A stretch of 64,000 nucleotides of DNA, taken from assembly GCA_963845145.1 (NCBI GenBank), contig CAWJQU010000001.1, positions 160,001 to 224,000 on the forward strand, read 5' to 3'. This DNA is from an uncultured delta proteobacterium. GTDB taxonomy: Bacteria; Desulfobacterota; Desulfobacteria; Desulfobacterales; QNYZ01. This document shows, piece by piece, positions 59,918 through 64,000 of this stretch. The notes below the pieces were generated by a model. That model was not told the DNA's origin, searched no databases, and saw only the letters and a list, made by a program, of their open reading frames with translations. Positions within the stretch are counted from its first letter, which is position 1. Each line of letters begins with the position of its first letter. Both the position numbers and the translations under genes were made by a program.

Positions 59918-60448
59918 TTATGAATTTGCACCCACCATTCGTTTTACGGATTTCATGGTCATATGCGTTGTCGTTTTCTGGTAGCGCTCACGCGCTGATA
60001 TAAACGGCATCCCCTCGGCACGCTCGTACCGCTCGGCACGGATAAACCAGAATGCGAGCCCGCCCGTATTGTGATTGGGGGCCAATCCATTTTTGGCGGT
60101 CCTGACCCCCAGCGACCCTTTTCGGCCGGTTTTCCGCCAACCTCTGGCCTGCATGATTATTCGTATGACCACACCAACAGCCTGGCGTAAGCGTTTACTC
60201 CGTTGAGTGTGTGTGTCTGCCAAAGCCCGATCGATGCCAGGGTGAGATTCAAGTTCCCGAACGACACCAGACAAAGGCGGCCTGTCGTGGTGAATCTCAG
60301 ACTCCTCCATCCGGCGCTGCCTGTTGGAATCGTTAAAGAACGCAAGGACTGCGTCAAAAGGTTGATCCGGATCGTTCACAACATCGGAAAACCTTCGACC
60401 CTGGCTGTCTTCGAGAAACGTATCGCGTGTGATTGTCACACTTGGCAA
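59918..60448 (-). CDS. Hypothetical protein
   Basis: 176 aa, TTG start with GGAGG RBS. Confidence 0.75.
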   Translation of the reverse strand: MPSVTITRDTFLEDSQGRRFSDVVNDPDQPFDAVLAFFNDSNRQRRMEESEIHHDRPPLSGVVRELESHPGIDRALADTHTQRSKRLRQAVGVVIRIIMQARGWRKTGRKGSLGVRTAKNGLAPNHNTGGLAFWFIRAERYERAEGMPFISARERYQKTTTHMTMKSVKRMVGANS

Positions 60449-60739
60449 ACCGGCCTCCGATTTATCGATGTCGCTCTAAACTGACGGGCATTATTTGTAC
60501 CTTCCAAATTTGCAATTACAATTATTGTATCTATATTCTCAGAAAAAGCAAGCGAAAACTTATTCAGACCTTAGTTGAGCGATTTTTTAGGGAGCTGTGA
60601 GCCAATATATTAATCGGAAAAACAGACGCCCGTGATATTTTTTTAAACGCTTTTTTAAGGTTTTATCTGCGATATGTGATAGATGAATGAATTTTGGCAT
60701 AAACCAAATCGGTTATTATAATTATTAAGGAATTATCTG

Positions 60740-62269
60740 ATGCCGTTCAAGGTCCTAACTGCAGAAATATCCCATGAAACCAATTCCTTTAGTCTTCAGG
60801 AAACGGATGAACAGGCATTCAGAGACCGCTATGTTCTGATGGGCGCCGAAGCCATCGCCGAGCGTGGCCAAGCAAATACTGAACTTGCCGGCTTCCTCGA
60901 TAGCGGTCGAGCGCATGGCTGGAATGTCAATCATGTGCTTAGCGCATCCGCGGGCCCAAGCGGCAAAGTTAGGCGAACAACGTTTAACTGGCTCAGCGAC
61001 CCAATCATTTCCGCAATCAAGCAACAACCATTCGACGGACTTCTCCTCGGGTTACATGGCGCTATGGACTTAGAATTCTGCGAAGATGGCGAAGGCGAGC
61101 TGCTTTGGCGTATCCGCAGCGTGGTAGGCGAGAAGATGCCAATTGCCATCACGCTTGATCCACACGCAAATGTCAGTAATAAGATGTGCGCTCTGGCTGA
61201 CATCATCGTGTCGTTCAAAACCTATCCACATATTGATATGCGCGACACCGGTTCCCATGCCGGCGAAATTTTACACAGGACGATGGCCGGTGAGATCCAG
61301 CCGCATACGATCCTCGTGAGTCGACCTATGCTGGAAGAAGTCAATGGTGGGCGCACCGACGTTGGTCCGATGATCGAACGCATAGCAACCGCGCGGGCGT
61401 ATGAGGAAAAGGCGGACGTGTTCGCCGTGAGCATTAATGCTGGTTTCGCCAGTGCAGATGTTTCCAGGATTGGCCCAACGGTGTTGGTCACAGGCCAGGG
61501 CGATTTTGCCGCACACATTGCTTTCGCCGAAACGATTGCAGATGACATATGGAACCGGCGCTTTGAGGTGCTCAACGATTATCTCAGCGTTGAAGAAGCG
61601 GCAGCGATCGCAGCTACATACGAGCCTGACAAAGGGCCGCTGGTCATTGCAGACTATGCGGACAATCCCGGTGCCGGCGGCTATGGCGATTCAACTGAGC
61701 TCTTGCGCGCCCTGCTTGCGGCGGGTGTGACGAATGCCTGTTTTGGCCCCATGGTGGATCGCGAGGCAGCACAGGCATTGCATGCTGCTGATATTGGTGA
61801 ACGGATTCACATTGCGCTGGGCGGCAAGACCGCTCCACGCTACGGTGGTGGGCCACTCGCCGTAGAGGGCAAACTCGTTTCTATCAGCGACGGGCATTTC
61901 ACCGGCGAGGGTTCAATGCTTCATGGGCTTGGAGGCAGTTTCGGTCTTAGTGCTGTTCTACGGGTTGATGGTATTGAGATATTGGTGGTCACCAGGGCCC
62001 GCCAAATATTAGATTTACAGCAATTTAAAGCATTTGGCATCGATCCGCAGAATAAGCATGTCGTGGCGCTAAAATCGATGCAACACTTCCGGGCTGCGTT
62101 CGAGCCGATTGCCGGCCAAGTGATTGTTTGTGACAGCGGCGCGCTTTGCACCCCGCGTTACAACCGATTGCCCTATCGCCATGTACCAAGACCGATTTTT
62201 CCTCTTGATTCGGCGGAAAACTGGCTTGCTTATAAGCGTCGCCATAATTATTTTTTGTCCAAGTGTTAA
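60740..62269 (+). CDS. M81-family metallopeptidase (MlrC-like)
   Basis: HETNSF, LHGAM, LDPHAN, TYPHID, DNPGAGG, KSMQHFRA. Confidence 0.93.
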   Translation: MPFKVLTAEISHETNSFSLQETDEQAFRDRYVLMGAEAIAERGQANTELAGFLDSGRAHGWNVNHVLSASAGPSGKVRRTTFNWLSDPIISAIKQQPFDGLLLGLHGAMDLEFCEDGEGELLWRIRSVVGEKMPIAITLDPHANVSNKMCALADIIVSFKTYPHIDMRDTGSHAGEILHRTMAGEIQPHTILVSRPMLEEVNGGRTDVGPMIERIATARAYEEKADVFAVSINAGFASADVSRIGPTVLVTGQGDFAAHIAFAETIADDIWNRRFEVLNDYLSVEEAAAIAATYEPDKGPLVIADYADNPGAGGYGDSTELLRALLAAGVTNACFGPMVDREAAQALHAADIGERIHIALGGKTAPRYGGGPLAVEGKLVSISDGHFTGEGSMLHGLGGSFGLSAVLRVDGIEILVVTRARQILDLQQFKAFGIDPQNKHVVALKSMQHFRAAFEPIAGQVIVCDSGALCTPRYNRLPYRHVPRPIFPLDSAENWLAYKRRHNYFLSKC

Positions 62270-62852
62270 AATTTTTTTTAGGGCCATGCATGGAGAAAAT
62301 AATACTTTCAACAGCCGAAATATGACGGCATATTCTTACGGATGATGCCAACAACCCATTACCATAACTATCCGATTTTTTACGGTTTTTAGATTTTTAT
62401 TGACATTAATGGCATTTTCTGAATATATGATTGCTATCTTAGCGTTTCCATCTAATTAAATCAGGTGATATTCACACCTACGTACTGAGCGATTTTTCAA
62501 ATTATTTTTAATCAGATTTCCACAAACTTTAGCCTAAAAATACGGAAAAAGTGGATTGGAGATACCTCTCAAAACGTGCGTTCCTCACTCTCAATAGGCA
62601 TTAACCTATTGGGAGAACCAAATTTAATTTTCCAATTGGTCGCTTATCCCTAACGCTACATATACGCATTAAACCAATCCTTCTGTTTATAATGGGTTCA
62701 AAATGCGTTTAGGTCGGCATTTCACCATAATCACCCTTTTTCTTCCGGATCTTGATTTATTTTGGTTTTAGTAAAGAGGACTGCTCAATCTAATTTTTCG
62801 ATATTACCATCTTTTGACCGATCAATAACATGGAAAAAAGGAAGGTAATCAT

Positions 62853-63959
62853 ATGAAGATTTCAATAACCCTGATAGTGATAATTTATATGATGTGCCCA
62901 GCCGAAACCTTATGGGCTGAAGAATACAATTGGAATGATTTTACAAAACCTTATACGACAAAAGTTAATGTTCGTATAAATAAGGGTTCCACTGTCTGCG
63001 TTGATTTACCTGAAGATTACCTCCAGAACAATATTTACGTAAAACTCCACATCGATCTCCAAAGCAACTTCACCTACATGATAGATGGTTTAAAACAAAA
63101 AGGGTTCGAGGGTTTTTCGCCAAAAATATCTATAAACGGGGGTATTATCAGAGGAAATTATACTATCCAAGTAAAAAAAACGCCACTGCGGCAAACGGTC
63201 CCGGTTGATATTAAAACCAAATACTTAAGGACGGGAAAAAATGAGCTTAGATTCCATGTCGGTAAGGAAAATAACGTCAAATACAGTTGCAAGGGGGGTA
63301 ATGAATGCGTTGTATTTTTTGTTCGTGAAATATCCTTTGACGTTATTAAGTCAACAAAGTCGCTTGAGAAAAAGAACACATTAACTTTTCCCGATAAGGC
63401 TAATATTTGGGGTTCTTTTGAAGACGACTCCGCAAAATTGCTTGGATGGAATCTTGGCAAAGTACTCCAAGAAAGAACAGGCGAAGGAGGATTTCAGAAG
63501 GTTTACATCGATAGACGTCAAGGAGTAAAAAATTCACATAGGTGTCTTGCAATGGATTTTAGGTTAGGGCCAATGAGACCCGGCCTATCGGAATCTCATA
63601 GATTACCAGTCGCCATATTGAGAAATGATGGAAGGCGTAACCTTTTAGACTATCAAGGAATTAAATTTTATATTTGGGCGTCAAAAAAAGTCGTCATTAC
63701 TTTTGGTGTCGCGGATAAAGAAAATGGCACAAACAAAGAAGAACGTTGGAATCGCAATATAGTGGTCACACCCGAAAAAAAAAGTAATCGTATTCCTTTT
63801 AATTCCCTGTCCCTTTTCAAACGCAGGGCTCTTAGTCAAGGGACAAATCAGATATTGGATCTTAATAGGGTTGAGGCAATCTATTGGGTTGCACATGGAA
63901 GAAATGTTCCTTTTGGTACTGAGGTATCAATATATTTGGATGAAATTTCGTTTTATTAG
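62853..63959 (+). CDS. Secreted protein with a C-terminal CBM11/CIA30-like domain
   Basis: Signal peptide; SFED...YQGIKFY...IPFNSL...IYLDEISFY pattern. AAGGAAGG RBS. Confidence 0.6.
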   Translation: MKISITLIVIIYMMCPAETLWAEEYNWNDFTKPYTTKVNVRINKGSTVCVDLPEDYLQNNIYVKLHIDLQSNFTYMIDGLKQKGFEGFSPKISINGGIIRGNYTIQVKKTPLRQTVPVDIKTKYLRTGKNELRFHVGKENNVKYSCKGGNECVVFFVREISFDVIKSTKSLEKKNTLTFPDKANIWGSFEDDSAKLLGWNLGKVLQERTGEGGFQKVYIDRRQGVKNSHRCLAMDFRLGPMRPGLSESHRLPVAILRNDGRRNLLDYQGIKFYIWASKKVVITFGVADKENGTNKEERWNRNIVVTPEKKSNRIPFNSLSLFKRRALSQGTNQILDLNRVEAIYWVAHGRNVPFGTEVSIYLDEISFY

Positions 63960-64000
63960 AAATAGGTTAAAATCCGTCGTAACCTGATCTACGAAAACAC

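Noticed and set aside
60740..62269. Microcystin degradation cluster
   Set aside because: M81 peptidases are widespread and mlrA/B/D are absent.

Overview
Bacterial chromosomal window, most consistent with an anaerobic Desulfobacterales-type deltaproteobacterium. This is an inference from gene content: tungsten-type AOR, octaheme cytochrome, zinc-ribbon/DUF3426 protein and a PAS hybrid kinase. Left to right: (1) a FadR/GntR-controlled operon encoding a fused Fe-S/FAD subunit, a DAO-family flavoprotein and an aldehyde:ferredoxin oxidoreductase, followed by a convergent sulfite-oxidase-family gene; (2) an ABC exporter operon with a Cys-rich membrane protein and a secreted MerB/NosL-fold protein; (3) a decayed island remnant (AbiE antitoxin, truncated toxin, deleted AAA ATPase) beside tRNA-Met; (4) housekeeping genes (zinc-ribbon/DUF3426, DnaJ-class, mnmG, radical SAM, PEP-binding regulator), an LPS modification locus, pheA and a hybrid kinase; (5) a ~17 kb cluster with photolyase, DUF523-DUF1722, lipocalins, an RPH-like dikinase and an octaheme HAO-like protein whose 3' end recurs exactly 8.9 kb downstream; (6) a mosaic tail with a DUF1611/racemase pair behind a structured leader, MlrC and a secreted protein. 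Three genes are split by 1-2 nt indels in homopolymers or tandem repeats, which may be assembly errors. No CRISPR, rRNA, transposase or integrase was seen. All family calls come from motif recognition by eye, not from database searches.
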